In this document: piece by piece, positions 21,716-31,982 of the stretch
Layout: each line of letters begins with the position of its first letter
Numbering within the stretch: position 1 is the first letter of the stretch
Assembly: GCA_964497315.1 (NCBI GenBank)
Contig: CAZCCH010000001.1
Coordinates: 56,106-120,105, forward strand
Length of the DNA: 64,000 nt
Reading direction: 5' to 3'
DNA from: an uncultured Planctomycetia bacterium
GTDB taxonomy: Bacteria; Omnitrophota; Gorgyraeia; Taenaricolales; CAZCCH01
Notes under the pieces: generated by a model
Database searches by the model: none
What the model was told of the DNA's origin: nothing
What the model saw: the letters and a program-made list of their open reading frames with translations, nothing else
Position numbers and translations under genes: made by a program

Positions 21716-22768
21716 TCACTTCTTTATTAACTTCGTCCTAATAAGTTCTGCTCGTTTGACATCGCGCTCATGCGCAGAAAGCATTTTTTTCTCCATCCTT
21801 TGTAAGTGGGCAGGTTGAATAGATATAAAAAGTTGGTTTATATCAGCTGTGTTGAGTTGTTTTACCAACCCCATATCTACTCCTAACCTAACCATAGACA
21901 AAAGTTCTACTGTTTCATTGCTAGTGATTATGTGTGCATTCTTCAGCGTACCATAAGCCCTAAAAATGCGATCCTCTATCTCTGTTCTATTGCGCGCCTG
22001 CAGGTCCTTCCTGGCACTTTGTTCATAACCTATAATTTGGCGTATGATTCTCTCTAAGTTATCTATTACCTCGGTTTCTGCATGTCCCAATGTAATCTGA
22101 TTAGAAATCTGAAAGAAATTACCGCTTGCTTGGGTACCTTCTCCGTATAAGCCTCTAGCCGTAAGGTTTAATTTTGAAATTGCCTGTATAACGCGGTTTA
22201 TCTGCTTAGTCATCACCAAAGCTGGCAAATGGAGCATTACAGAAGCCCTCATTCCTGTGCCTGTATTAGTCGGGCAAGCTGCCAAAAACCCAAAATCCAA
22301 AGAAAACGCATAATTTAATAGCGTGCCTAGATCTGAGTCAATCCTGTCTATAATACGCCAGGCTTCATTCAAATTCAGACCTGATTGAATCACTTGAATA
22401 CGCAAGTGATCTTCTTCGTTTATCATTATTGATATGATTTCTTTCTCGCTTATGGCAACTGCCTTGCTATCTTGGCCCACTAAATGTTCCTTACTAACCA
22501 GATGGCGCTCTAATAAGAATTGCTTGTCTATATTGCTCAAGCCCTCTAATTCTAGGAAAAGTGCACCTTTCATAAATAGGTTTTCTGATATTGCATCTTT
22601 GCAGACTCGCAAGACATCCTGCCTTTGTTTTTTGCTCGCTCTTTGTGTGAATGTATACTTGGCTAAATTTCTTGCCAGGCGTATCCTGCTAGATATGACA
22701 ATATCGGAATTAGGGCCTGAGGCTTTTAGCCATTCGCTCGTTTGTTTTACTAAATCGTTCAACTTCAT
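21716..22768 (-). CDS. mcsB: Protein-arginine kinase
   Basis: SSRIRLARN, NEEDHLR, CPTNTGTGMRAS. Confidence 0.95.
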   Translation of the reverse strand: MKLNDLVKQTSEWLKASGPNSDIVISSRIRLARNLAKYTFTQRASKKQRQDVLRVCKDAISENLFMKGALFLELEGLSNIDKQFLLERHLVSKEHLVGQDSKAVAISEKEIISIMINEEDHLRIQVIQSGLNLNEAWRIIDRIDSDLGTLLNYAFSLDFGFLAACPTNTGTGMRASVMLHLPALVMTKQINRVIQAISKLNLTARGLYGEGTQASGNFFQISNQITLGHAETEVIDNLERIIRQIIGYEQSARKDLQARNRTEIEDRIFRAYGTLKNAHIITSNETVELLSMVRLGVDMGLVKQLNTADINQLFISIQPAHLQRMEKKMLSAHERDVKRAELIRTKLIKK

Positions 22769-23271
22769 TTTTTTCCTCTCTGGGTTTTCCCTAATTCTTT
22801 TATCTTGTCTCTTATCTTCGCAGCTTCTTCAAATTCTTCCATCTCAATTGCCCTATGCAATTTTGCTTTTAATTGTTGCAGTTGAGAAGGTACGCCTTTT
22901 GCAACATGACTCTTTGGCATAGTCGTTTTGCCTATATGTTGAGTTGAACCATGAATCCTTTTTAAAAGAGGTAGCAGGTTTTTCTTAAAGGCCTTATAGC
23001 AGTCCCCGCAGCCAAACCTACCGCTTTTTTTAAAATCATAATAGCTAAGCCCGCATTTTGGACATTTTAACTTGCTATCAATGTCAACTTCTGCCTGTTC
23101 GCCAATATCGGCTAGACCAGCTAAAAGATCAGATAGGCCGAAGTGCTTTTCCATCTGCGCCCCTTTTTTCTTAGCACATCCCTCGCAAAGATGTAGTTCA
23201 GTCATCTGTTCATCTATTATCTCTGTCAGATGGACCGTTGCCTGAGTTTTACCGCAAATATCACATAACAT
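22765..23271 (-). CDS. mcsA: McsB activator McsA
   Basis: CxxC motifs, GCGDCY, UVR domain EEFEEAAKIRD. Confidence 0.93.
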   Translation of the reverse strand: MLCDICGKTQATVHLTEIIDEQMTELHLCEGCAKKKGAQMEKHFGLSDLLAGLADIGEQAEVDIDSKLKCPKCGLSYYDFKKSGRFGCGDCYKAFKKNLLPLLKRIHGSTQHIGKTTMPKSHVAKGVPSQLQQLKAKLHRAIEMEEFEEAAKIRDKIKELGKTQRGKK

Positions 23272-23282
23272 TCTATTCTCCT

Positions 23283-24155
23283 TTAATACTTCGCTCCATC
23301 AACCTTTGTTAATTTTCTAAATTCTTTCAGTAACTTTAAGGTCGCTTTACCTGGTTTACCGCTGCCAATAATCCTGCTGTCTATTTTTACAACAGGTATT
23401 ATCTCAGCTGCAGTCCCGGTAAGAAAACATTCATCTGCATTAAAAAGGTCGTGTCTAGTTAAAACTTCTTCTTGCACGCATAATTTTTGCTTTTTTGCTA
23501 ACTTTATTACGGCATCCCTTGTAATACCCCTTAGGGCACCCGCATAAATTGGGGGGGTGAAGATACAATTTTGCTTGATGATAAAAATATTATCCCCCGT
23601 GCATTCAGCTACAAAACCTTCAGAATTTAGCATTATCGCCTCTTCAAATCCACAGTTAGTTGCCTCAATCTTAGCCAAAATGTTATTGAGGTAGTTCAAA
23701 GACTTAATTTGTGGATTGACGGCCTCTGGAATATTGCGCTGAGTGGCAACAGTAATAATCTTAAGACCTTTTCTGTAGAACTCTTCAGGATACAGTGCGA
23801 TTTTATCTGTAATTATAAACACATTGGCTCTCTTGCACTTTCTGGGATCAAGACCCAAGTCACCCTCTCCCCTTGTAACCACAAGGCGTATATAGGCGTT
23901 TTTTAAACCATTGGCCTTTAAGGTCTTCACAACAGCCTTTATCATATTTTGTTTTGTCATAGGAATTTTCAGCATGATAGTATGCGCTGACTCATAAAGC
24001 CTATCAATGTGTTCTTTTAGTTTAAACACAAGGCCATTATAAGAGCGTATTCCTTCAAAAACTCCATCGCCGTATAAAAGCCCGTGGTCAAAAACTGAAA
24101 TCTTTGCATCTTTCTTATCTACCAATTCTCCGTTTAAATAGATCTTGATGCTCAT
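23283..24155 (-). CDS. ilvE: Branched-chain amino acid aminotransferase
   Basis: DHGLLYGDGVFEG, KSLNYLNN, GITR, GTAAE. Confidence 0.93.
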   Translation of the reverse strand: MSIKIYLNGELVDKKDAKISVFDHGLLYGDGVFEGIRSYNGLVFKLKEHIDRLYESAHTIMLKIPMTKQNMIKAVVKTLKANGLKNAYIRLVVTRGEGDLGLDPRKCKRANVFIITDKIALYPEEFYRKGLKIITVATQRNIPEAVNPQIKSLNYLNNILAKIEATNCGFEEAIMLNSEGFVAECTGDNIFIIKQNCIFTPPIYAGALRGITRDAVIKLAKKQKLCVQEEVLTRHDLFNADECFLTGTAAEIIPVVKIDSRIIGSGKPGKATLKLLKEFRKLTKVDGAKY

Positions 24156-24173
24156 TTAGTCCTCCTTATAAAA

Positions 24174-24845
24174 TCAAACAAATAGTCCGTCTTTTATATG
24201 AAATGCCTTATCTGCTAACTTGGCAATATCTTGTTCGTGCGTCACTAATATTATTGTCAGTCCTTTTTCTTTATTTAACCTTAACAAAAATTGTAAGATC
24301 TGATTGCCGGTTTCTGAATCCAGGTTGCCTGTAGGTTCATCACAAAATAGGATATCCGGTTCATTCATTAGTGCCCTGACTATAGCCGTCCTTTGCTGTT
24401 CTCCTCCAGATAGCTGATGGGGCTTGTGATTAAGCCTATTGCTAAGACCTACAATATCCAATAACTCACCAGCTTTCTTTTTTATCTGCAAAGTCGCTTG
24501 CCGGCGATTTTTATCTATCAATACTGGTAATAATGCGTTCTCAAGTGCTGAAAATCCAGGCATAAGATGATAAAACTGAAACACAAACCCTATTCTTTTA
24601 TTTCTTATCTGGGCCCTTTTTTGCTCGTTGGTTCTGTAAAAATCAATTCCATCAAAGTTAACCCTACCCTTTGTTGGTCTATCAAGGCCACCTAATATAT
24701 GCAGCAAGGTTGACTTACCAGCACCGGAAGGCCCTAGTATTGAAACAAATTCTTCCTTTCGTACTTTTAAGCTTATCCCTTTAAGAACGTGCAATTTTTT
24801 GCTGCCCACACAATAGCTTTTATGTAAATCGCACGCTTCAATCAT
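24174..24845 (-). CDS. lolD: Lipoprotein-releasing ABC ATPase
   Basis: GPSGAGKST, GFVFQFYHL, LSGGEQQR, DEPTGNLD; follows lolC/E. Confidence 0.85.
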   Translation of the reverse strand: MIEACDLHKSYCVGSKKLHVLKGISLKVRKEEFVSILGPSGAGKSTLLHILGGLDRPTKGRVNFDGIDFYRTNEQKRAQIRNKRIGFVFQFYHLMPGFSALENALLPVLIDKNRRQATLQIKKKAGELLDIVGLSNRLNHKPHQLSGGEQQRTAIVRALMNEPDILFCDEPTGNLDSETGNQILQFLLRLNKEKGLTIILVTHEQDIAKLADKAFHIKDGLFV

Positions 24846-26020
24846 TCGTATCTAAGTGCCTCAACTGGTTCAAGTCTCGATGCCTGCCAAGCAGGATAAA
24901 CGGTAGCTAAAAAACTTATGACAATAGCGGCAACTGCTACTAAGCCTAAGTCCATCCATTGAATTTCTATCGGCAGTTTATCTATATAATAAATATCTTT
25001 TGGCAGCTGAATAATTTGGTAACGTCCAAGCAAAAAAGAAAACCCTATCCCAGAAATTAAACCTAAAAGTGTTCCTGCCACACCTATCAACAAGCCCTCT
25101 ATAGTAAATATAGCATGAATGGATTTATTGGTCGCGCCCATAGATTTAAGTATGCCTATATCTTTTACTTTTTCAGTAACCATCATTATCAAGGTACTTG
25201 CAATATTAAAACTAGCTACTACAACTATTAAAACTAAAATAATAAACATCGCTGTTTTTTCTAATTTTAAAGCATTAAAAAGATTTTTGTTTATATCCAT
25301 CCAGCTTCTTATTACAAAGGAAAACCCTAGCCTTTCCTGCATTATGCGTTTCATTCTTTTTGCATGATATGGATCCTTTAATCTTACCCCTATTCCAGTT
25401 ACCCTGTTACCTAAATTAAAAATTTCCTTGGCATCGTGAATATTTGTAAATACCAAATTCATATCATAGTCATACATGCCGGATGTAAAAATCCCGCTTA
25501 TCGCAAATCTATATTGCTTCCCGCCTGAAGGGGAAACCATGGTTATTGAGTTACCGATATCTAAATTAAAACTATTGGCTAGTTCACTTCCTACAAGTAC
25601 TCCCCCCACCCCTGGTAGTTTTCCAGCTTTTAAATATTTTTTGATTTGGGTAACCTTCGTTTCTTTCTTCGGCTCAATGCCCCGCACAACTACACCGCGG
25701 GTAGACTTGCCACGCTGAAGGATTGTCTGGCCCATAATAAAGGGTGAGCTCTCTAGGACCTCGGGAAAATGCTTTACTTCATCCATCACAACCTTATAAT
25801 CTTCCATTGGGGCATTGGATTCAACTAAAATATGGGCATTTGCACCTACGATTTTATCTTTCAGCTCTTTGTCAAACCCAGCCATCACTGCCTGCACTAC
25901 TATAATGCATGCCACCCCAATTGCAATGCCCAGTATGGCGATAATGCTAATCAAAGATAAAAATCTTTCTCTTTGTTTGGTAATTAGATATCTTAGTGCT
26001 ATAAAAAACTCATACCTCAT
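24842..26020 (-). CDS. Lipoprotein-releasing ABC permease LolC/E
   Basis: FIALRYL, GIAIGVA, ALKLEK, IGILKSMGA, PVEALRYE. Confidence 0.88.
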   Translation of the reverse strand: MRYEFFIALRYLITKQRERFLSLISIIAILGIAIGVACIIVVQAVMAGFDKELKDKIVGANAHILVESNAPMEDYKVVMDEVKHFPEVLESSPFIMGQTILQRGKSTRGVVVRGIEPKKETKVTQIKKYLKAGKLPGVGGVLVGSELANSFNLDIGNSITMVSPSGGKQYRFAISGIFTSGMYDYDMNLVFTNIHDAKEIFNLGNRVTGIGVRLKDPYHAKRMKRIMQERLGFSFVIRSWMDINKNLFNALKLEKTAMFIILVLIVVVASFNIASTLIMMVTEKVKDIGILKSMGATNKSIHAIFTIEGLLIGVAGTLLGLISGIGFSFLLGRYQIIQLPKDIYYIDKLPIEIQWMDLGLVAVAAIVISFLATVYPAWQASRLEPVEALRYE

Positions 26021-27063
26021 ATTAAGCCTTTTACCTTCTCGCGATCGCTTATATGTAAAACTAGGGTTTCATTAGTTATCTTGCCATCTCTGTGCAGCTT
26101 TAATAATGCCTGATCCATAGATTGCATACCATGCTTGGAACCTGTTTCAATCAAGACGTCAATCTGATGGGTGTTGCCTTCTCTTATGAGATTGCGCACA
26201 GCTGGTGTTACTATCAATATTTCACATGCAACAATCTGTCCGCCGCCCCTTTTGGGGACTAACTGCTGGCTAACTATACCCTCCAGGGTAATAGCTAGCT
26301 GATATCTTATCTGTTGCTGTTGAGTAGGTGGGAAAACATCTATTATCCTATCTATCGTTTGACTTGCATTTAAAGTGTGAAGCGTTCCAAACACAAGGTG
26401 TCCGGTTTCAGCGGCTGTTACTGCCGCTGCTATAGTCTCTAAATCCCTCATCTCTCCAATCATAACTACATCTGGGTTTTGTCTTAGGACATATTTTAAA
26501 GCAGAGGCAAATGACATGGTGTCATTGCCGACTTCTCGTTGTTCTACAACCCCTTTTTCGTGCGCATACAAAAATTCTATTGGATCTTCTACTGTTATCA
26601 CATGGGAATTTCTATTCTCGTTTATATGGCTAACCAGGGTGGCAAGAGTAGTGGATTTTCCACTTGCAGCCCTACCTGTAACCAACACAAAACCGTGGTC
26701 AAGCTTGCAAAATTTAATAAGTATATCCGGTAGGTACAATTCTTTAAAACCGGGTATCTCTTTAGGAATTGTCCTGATGCTTGCTGCTACGCTACTTCTT
26801 TGAAAGTGGACATTAACCCTAAAACGACTTAAGCCTGGTATATCATAGGTGAAATCTAATTCCCTGTTTTTCTCTAATCTCTTAATTTGATTTTCATTAA
26901 GAAGGCTGTAGATTAAATCCTTGCAATCTTTGGGAGACAGAATACCCAAATCCATTTTTGTCATCTGTCCTTCTATTCTTAAAACCGGCGGTACCCCTAC
27001 AGTTAAAAGCAAGTCTGAGGCATTAGCCTCTGCACTCCTTTGTAGTAACTCTAAAGTTTCCAT
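26017..27063 (-). CDS. pilT: PilT/PilU family type IV pilus retraction ATPase
   Basis: GRAASGKSTT, TVEDPIE, QREVG, LRQNPDV, AAETGHLVFGTLHT. Confidence 0.88.
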   Translation of the reverse strand: METLELLQRSAEANASDLLLTVGVPPVLRIEGQMTKMDLGILSPKDCKDLIYSLLNENQIKRLEKNRELDFTYDIPGLSRFRVNVHFQRSSVAASIRTIPKEIPGFKELYLPDILIKFCKLDHGFVLVTGRAASGKSTTLATLVSHINENRNSHVITVEDPIEFLYAHEKGVVEQREVGNDTMSFASALKYVLRQNPDVVMIGEMRDLETIAAAVTAAETGHLVFGTLHTLNASQTIDRIIDVFPPTQQQQIRYQLAITLEGIVSQQLVPKRGGGQIVACEILIVTPAVRNLIREGNTHQIDVLIETGSKHGMQSMDQALLKLHRDGKITNETLVLHISDREKVKGLI

Positions 27064-27099
27064 AATTATATTTCCTCCGTTACAATTTTAAAGCAAGAG

Positions 27100-27786
27100 T
27101 TAATCTTTCTTTAGTTTTTTAATAGTATTCCTGCGACCCACTATAATCAAACTGTCTCCTTCTTGAATTTTGTCTTCAGCTTTAGGTGTAATATTCAAAA
27201 CTTCCTGGACTTCCTCTATGCCTTTTTTTGTTGTGGTCTTGCGCTTACTTTTTATGGCAATAACGTTGGCATCATATTTAACGCGCAGGCGCAGCTGCTC
27301 TAAGGTCTTGCCTAAAAAATCCTGCGGAGGTATTGTTTCAAAAATGCTATACCCAGAGGAAAGATTTATTTGCTCTATCACATCAGGCAATATAAGGCTA
27401 TGCGCAAGTTTTGCACCCATGTCTATCTCTGGGGAGACGATTCTAGTAGCACCTACCTTCTTAAGAACATTTGCCTGTGTTTTTGTAATTGCCTTTGCTA
27501 TAATCTCTCTTATCCCTATTTCTTTTAGCGCTAAAGTTACTAAGATAGATGCGTCCAAGCGAGTACCTATGGAGACTATTGCAACATCCACATCCTTAAT
27601 ACCAACTGAACGAAGCGTCTTTTCATCTGCAGCATCAATGCAGACAGCATTTGTTGCAAACTCCGAGGCTTCCTGAACTAGTTCTTCGTTAATATCGATT
27701 ACCAAGACTTGTTGGCCTAGCTCTGTCAATGTCTTGGCAACGCTTAAGCCAAACCTTCCCAGCCCTATAACTGCAAATTGTGCCAT
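27100..27786 (-). CDS. ktrA: K+ uptake NAD-binding subunit KtrA/TrkA
   Basis: AVIGLGRFG Rossmann motif, RCK domains; coupled to ktrB. Confidence 0.88.
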   Translation of the reverse strand: MAQFAVIGLGRFGLSVAKTLTELGQQVLVIDINEELVQEASEFATNAVCIDAADEKTLRSVGIKDVDVAIVSIGTRLDASILVTLALKEIGIREIIAKAITKTQANVLKKVGATRIVSPEIDMGAKLAHSLILPDVIEQINLSSGYSIFETIPPQDFLGKTLEQLRLRVKYDANVIAIKSKRKTTTKKGIEEVQEVLNITPKAEDKIQEGDSLIIVGRRNTIKKLKKD

Positions 27787-27800
27787 GCCTTCCTCCTGTA

Positions 27801-29168
27801 TTATCCAACCATTATGCGTTCTTCTGGATATATAAAACTTACCTTTTCTTCTCTTACTGCAACTGCCATTGCTAGGGTTAATGGTCCTATCCTACCTACA
27901 AGCATAGTAACAGTAATTAATGCTTTACCTAACACAGAAAGTCCTTGTGTTATTCCTGTAGTTAGTCCGACTGTTCCAAAAGCAGATGTGACCTCGAATA
28001 GGTTATTTATCAAAAAGTTTCCACTGGAAATGTTTTTCCCTTCCGCAATTGACAATAGAAAGGTAAACACAAATACCCAGCTTAAAGATAAAAGTAATAT
28101 TACAAATGCCCTGCGAAATATTGTTCTGGGGATGCTTTTTCTAAACATGGAAATGCGTCCCCTATTTTTCATCATCGCCCAAACAGCTGCTATTAATACA
28201 CCTATCGTAGCTGTCTTTACGCCTCCTCCAGTAGAGCCAGGAGAAGCACCTATAAACATAAATATAAGAAGTAAAAAAAGTGTGGGAGAAGCAAATCTTG
28301 CTGTTGGCAACGTATTGAATCCTGCTGTACGCGGTGTAACTGAATGAAAATAACAAGAAAGTATTTTTTCTTTAAGGCTCATGCCAGCTAGCGTATTATT
28401 TCCTTCTAGAATAAACATTCCAACAAAGGCCAACAGTATCAAACAAAAAGAAATGAGCAAAACCATTTTTGTCTGTAAGCTTAACTTTGAAAAAAAGAAA
28501 CGGGGACCTTTCTTTAGGAATTTAATATTTCTTAAGTCTATTAAAACCAAAAATCCCAATCCGCCCAATATGATTAAGCTTGTCATGATTAAATTTATGC
28601 TAGCATCAGACCTAAAACCACTAAAGCTATCTTTGTAGAGACTAAAACCCGCATTACAAAATGCTGATACTGAATGAAATATGCTTTCGTAAGCAATTCT
28701 AAGATTATTGATCTCTAAATTGTTTGACCATTTAAGATATAATAATCCAGCACCTATGAGTTCAATAGTAAACGTCAACAACAATATATATTTTATTAAA
28801 CTACGAAGGTTCTCTACCTTGTGATGGTCTAAAGCGCTTTGCACAACAAGATTATCTTTTATCGTAAGCTTCCTGCCTAAAATGATTGCAAAGGCTGTAG
28901 AAAATGTCATAATGCCCAAGCCTCCCAATTGAATTAGGCAGAGTATAACAATTTGGCCAAAGGGTGTAAAGAAACTAGCGGTGTCTTTGACAACCAGGCC
29001 TGTTACACAGGTTGCACTTGTGGCAGTAAAAATTGCATCTACCAATTTAATGCCTGTATAGGTAGAGATAGGCAAACTCAAAAGTATTGTCCCAACGAAA
29101 ATCGCCAGCAGGAAACTACCTATTATTGCCTGCGGGGGGTTTAGCCTAAAAGAACCAACCCTTGCCAA
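27801..29168 (-). CDS. ktrB: K+ uptake membrane subunit KtrB/TrkH
   Basis: SATCVTGL, SAFCNAGF, PRTAGFNT, SAFGTVGL pore loops. Confidence 0.92.
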   Translation of the reverse strand: MARVGSFRLNPPQAIIGSFLLAIFVGTILLSLPISTYTGIKLVDAIFTATSATCVTGLVVKDTASFFTPFGQIVILCLIQLGGLGIMTFSTAFAIILGRKLTIKDNLVVQSALDHHKVENLRSLIKYILLLTFTIELIGAGLLYLKWSNNLEINNLRIAYESIFHSVSAFCNAGFSLYKDSFSGFRSDASINLIMTSLIILGGLGFLVLIDLRNIKFLKKGPRFFFSKLSLQTKMVLLISFCLILLAFVGMFILEGNNTLAGMSLKEKILSCYFHSVTPRTAGFNTLPTARFASPTLFLLLIFMFIGASPGSTGGGVKTATIGVLIAAVWAMMKNRGRISMFRKSIPRTIFRRAFVILLLSLSWVFVFTFLLSIAEGKNISSGNFLINNLFEVTSAFGTVGLTTGITQGLSVLGKALITVTMLVGRIGPLTLAMAVAVREEKVSFIYPEERIMVG

Positions 29169-29174
29169 TTTTGT

Positions 29175-29540
29175 TTATCCTTTCAGTTTTAATGCCTGTT
29201 TAGCAGTTTTTACTAACTCTGCAAAGGCTTGTTTATCACTTACAGCCAATTCTGCTATAAGCTTCCTGTTGATTCCCACCTTGGCCTTTTTTAATCCATT
29301 CATGAATTTGCTATAAGACAAACCTGAGGGCTTGACTGCTGCGTTTATCCTAGCAACCCATAAAGACCTAAAGGAACGTTTTTTTACTCTTCTGTCTCTG
29401 TAGGCATAGTATAGCGCACGCCTGACAGACTCAACAGCCGTCCTATAAAGCTTAGACCTTCCTCCTCTAAAGCCCTTGGCCCGCTTTAAAATTTTCTTCT
29501 TTCTTTTCTTTCTAGCAACGCTATGTCTAGTCTTTGGCAT
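29175..29540 (-). CDS. rplT: 50S ribosomal protein L20
   Basis: [21 protein letters not shown]. Confidence 0.97.
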   Translation of the reverse strand: MPKTRHSVARKKRKKKILKRAKGFRGGRSKLYRTAVESVRRALYYAYRDRRVKKRSFRSLWVARINAAVKPSGLSYSKFMNGLKKAKVGINRKLIAELAVSDKQAFAELVKTAKQALKLKG

Positions 29541-29553
29541 CTTTATTTACCTT

Positions 29554-29751
29554 TCATTTGTACGGTAGTAACTTCTTTATCTTCTTGCTCTCGCTCTTCC
29601 TTAGCAAGCTTTTTCTTTTTAGTTTTCTTTTTCTCTTTCTAGATTTTTTTGTTAAGATGTGGCCTTTAAAGGCCTTGGCTCTTTTTACTTTGCCGCTTTT
29701 TGTAAGCTTAAACCGCTTAGCAACAGCTCTTCTTGTCTTTAACTTAGGCAT
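29554..29751 (-). CDS. rpmI: 50S ribosomal protein L35
   Basis: MPKLKT..AVAKRFK.T; lies between infC and rplT. Confidence 0.96.
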   Translation of the reverse strand: MPKLKTRRAVAKRFKLTKSGKVKRAKAFKGHILTKKSRKRKRKLKRKSLLRKSESKKIKKLLPYK

Positions 29752-29769
29752 GCAAATCCCTCCTTAGCT

Positions 29770-30276
29770 TTACTTAGGTGCAAAAATTATATAAATATAT
29801 CGACCTTCTCTAGTAGGACCTCTTTCAACTTCAGCTATGTGAGATAAGTCACTAATTAGCTTATCTAATACGCGTCTTCCTAATTCCGGGTGGGCCATTT
29901 CTCTTCCCCTGAACATCATTGTAACTTTGGCCTTGTCCCTGCGTTTTAGGAAACGCTCTAAATGATGAAGCTTAAATTGATAATCATGTTCTTCTATTTT
30001 TGGCTTCATCCTGATTTCTTTTAAATGGCCTGCCTTTTGGTGTTTGCGCGCCTCTCTTTCTCTTTTTTCCTGTTCATACTTGTACCTACTAAAATCCATG
30101 ACGCGGCAGACAGGTGGGCTACTGGTTGGAGAGACTTCTACTAAATCTAAGTTACTTTCTTTAGCAGTTTTTAAGGCATCCTCAGAAGACATAACCCCTA
30201 ACTGCTCTCCCTCCGCACCAATAACTCTAATTTTAGCTGAGCGTATTCTTTCATTTACTCTAATAAATTTACGAAT
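29770..30276 (-). CDS. infC: Translation initiation factor IF-3 (ATT start)
   Basis: Frame extends upstream of the listed ATG (IRKFIRVNERIRSAKIRVIGAEGEQLGVM) to ATT codons at 30276/30279, preceded by SD GGAGGTG. Confidence 0.93.
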   Translation of the reverse strand: MRKFIRVNERIRSAKIRVIGAEGEQLGVMSSEDALKTAKESNLDLVEVSPTSSPPVCRVMDFSRYKYEQEKREREARKHQKAGHLKEIRMKPKIEEHDYQFKLHHLERFLKRRDKAKVTMMFRGREMAHPELGRRVLDKLISDLSHIAEVERGPTREGRYIYIIFAPK

Positions 30277-31981
30277 AATCTTTCACCTCCTTTGAAACCC
30301 TCTGGATAAATTCATCCAACTTCACGACACCTTCATTGGCATTAGCTTTGCTCCTCACTGAAACCGTATTACCTTCTTTTTCCTTTTGACCAACAATTAA
30401 CATGTAAGGGACCTTCTGTGTTTGATTATCCCTAATTCTATAATTGAGTGTTTCTGACCTTGAGTCAACTTCAGCCCTTATGGAATTATCGATTAAATTT
30501 CTTTTTACTTCTTCTGCGTATTCTGTAAATACCGAAGATATAGGAATTATTACAACTTGAACGGGTGCTAACCAAACAGGCAAAGCCCCTGCATAATGCT
30601 CCAATAATGCACCCATAAAGCGTTCTATGCTGCCAAGGACAACCCTGTGTAACATAACAGGTCTTTTCTTTTTTCCTTCTGTATCAATATATGAAAGCTT
30701 AAACCTTTCAGGTAAAGCAAAATCACACTGTATGGTTGCACACTGCCAGTTTCTGCCTAAGGCATCTTTTAATTTTATGTCAATTTTTGGACCATAAAAG
30801 GCACCTTCGCCTTGGCATATTTCATATTCTAAATTGTGTTTTTCTAAGGCTCCCCTTAGGGCATCTTCGGCCTTCTTCCAGTCCTGGTCAGTACCTATGG
30901 ATTTTGCTGGCCTTGTGCTTATTTCAATTCCAAAGGAATTAAACCCAAAAATCTTTAACGCATCAATTACAAAATCAATCACCTTTGTTATCTCATCAGT
31001 CAATTGTTCTGGCAGGCAGAATATATGCGCATCGTCTTGAGTAAAACCTCTGACTCGCAAAAGACCATGTAGTACCCCGGCCTTTTCATATCTGTAAACA
31101 CTGCCAAGTTCAAAATACCTAAGTGGTAATTCTTTATAGCTTCTTATAGTATTACTATATATTAAAATGTGTCCTGGGCAATTCATAGGTTTAACAGCAT
31201 ATTCCTGGCCTTCAATCTTAAATATATACATCATGTCTTTGTAATACTCATAATGCCCAGACTTCACCCAGATATCAGATTTTAATATGTGAGGCCCTAC
31301 TGCTAGTTGATAGCCTCTTTTTATGTGTTCTTTCTTTAGCCAGTCTTCGATTAGTGTACGAAGCATTGCACCCTTGGGGTGATACAACGGGAGGCCTGCA
31401 CCTATTTCAGGATGAAAACTAAAAAATCCAAGTTCTTTTCCAAGTTTACGGTGATCTCTTTTTTCAGCTTCTTTTATTAAATTTAGGTATTTCCTAAGGT
31501 CTTTCTCAGTAGGAAAGGCAGTGCCATAAATCCTCTGAAGCATAGGGTTGGTTTCAAGACCATGCCAGTAAGCACCTGCAACGCTCAACAACTTAAATGC
31601 CTTCACCTGAGCAGTTGACTCAACATGCGGCCCCTTGCAAAGATCAATGAAACTCCCATGTCTATAAATTGAAACTTCATTATCCGGTAATGCCTCTATT
31701 AGCTCTAGCTTATAGGTTTCCTTTAGTTTTTTAAAGAGCTTGATGGCCTCTTTTTTTGGCATTGTCTCTTGTTCGAACTTATAGTCCTTTTTTATGATCT
31801 CGGCCATTTTCTTTTCTATTCTTTTAAGGTCTTCGGGGGTGAAGCTATCTGGTACATCGAAGTCATAGTAAAACCCATCCTTAATGGCCGGACCAATGCC
31901 AAGTCTTGCCTTAGGATAAAGCTGTTTTACTGCATCTGCCATTATGTGTGATGCGCTATGTCGTAATGCATTTAAGTTCAT
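30269..31981 (-). CDS. thrS: Threonine--tRNA ligase (no N-terminal TGS domain)
   Basis: LRHSASH, DLCKGPH, RDHRKLG, KPMNCPGH, RVRGFTQDDAH. Confidence 0.97.
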   Translation of the reverse strand: MNLNALRHSASHIMADAVKQLYPKARLGIGPAIKDGFYYDFDVPDSFTPEDLKRIEKKMAEIIKKDYKFEQETMPKKEAIKLFKKLKETYKLELIEALPDNEVSIYRHGSFIDLCKGPHVESTAQVKAFKLLSVAGAYWHGLETNPMLQRIYGTAFPTEKDLRKYLNLIKEAEKRDHRKLGKELGFFSFHPEIGAGLPLYHPKGAMLRTLIEDWLKKEHIKRGYQLAVGPHILKSDIWVKSGHYEYYKDMMYIFKIEGQEYAVKPMNCPGHILIYSNTIRSYKELPLRYFELGSVYRYEKAGVLHGLLRVRGFTQDDAHIFCLPEQLTDEITKVIDFVIDALKIFGFNSFGIEISTRPAKSIGTDQDWKKAEDALRGALEKHNLEYEICQGEGAFYGPKIDIKLKDALGRNWQCATIQCDFALPERFKLSYIDTEGKKKRPVMLHRVVLGSIERFMGALLEHYAGALPVWLAPVQVVIIPISSVFTEYAEEVKRNLIDNSIRAEVDSRSETLNYRIRDNQTQKVPYMLIVGQKEKEGNTVSVRSKANANEGVVKLDEFIQRVSKEVKDYS

Positions 31982-31982
31982 T

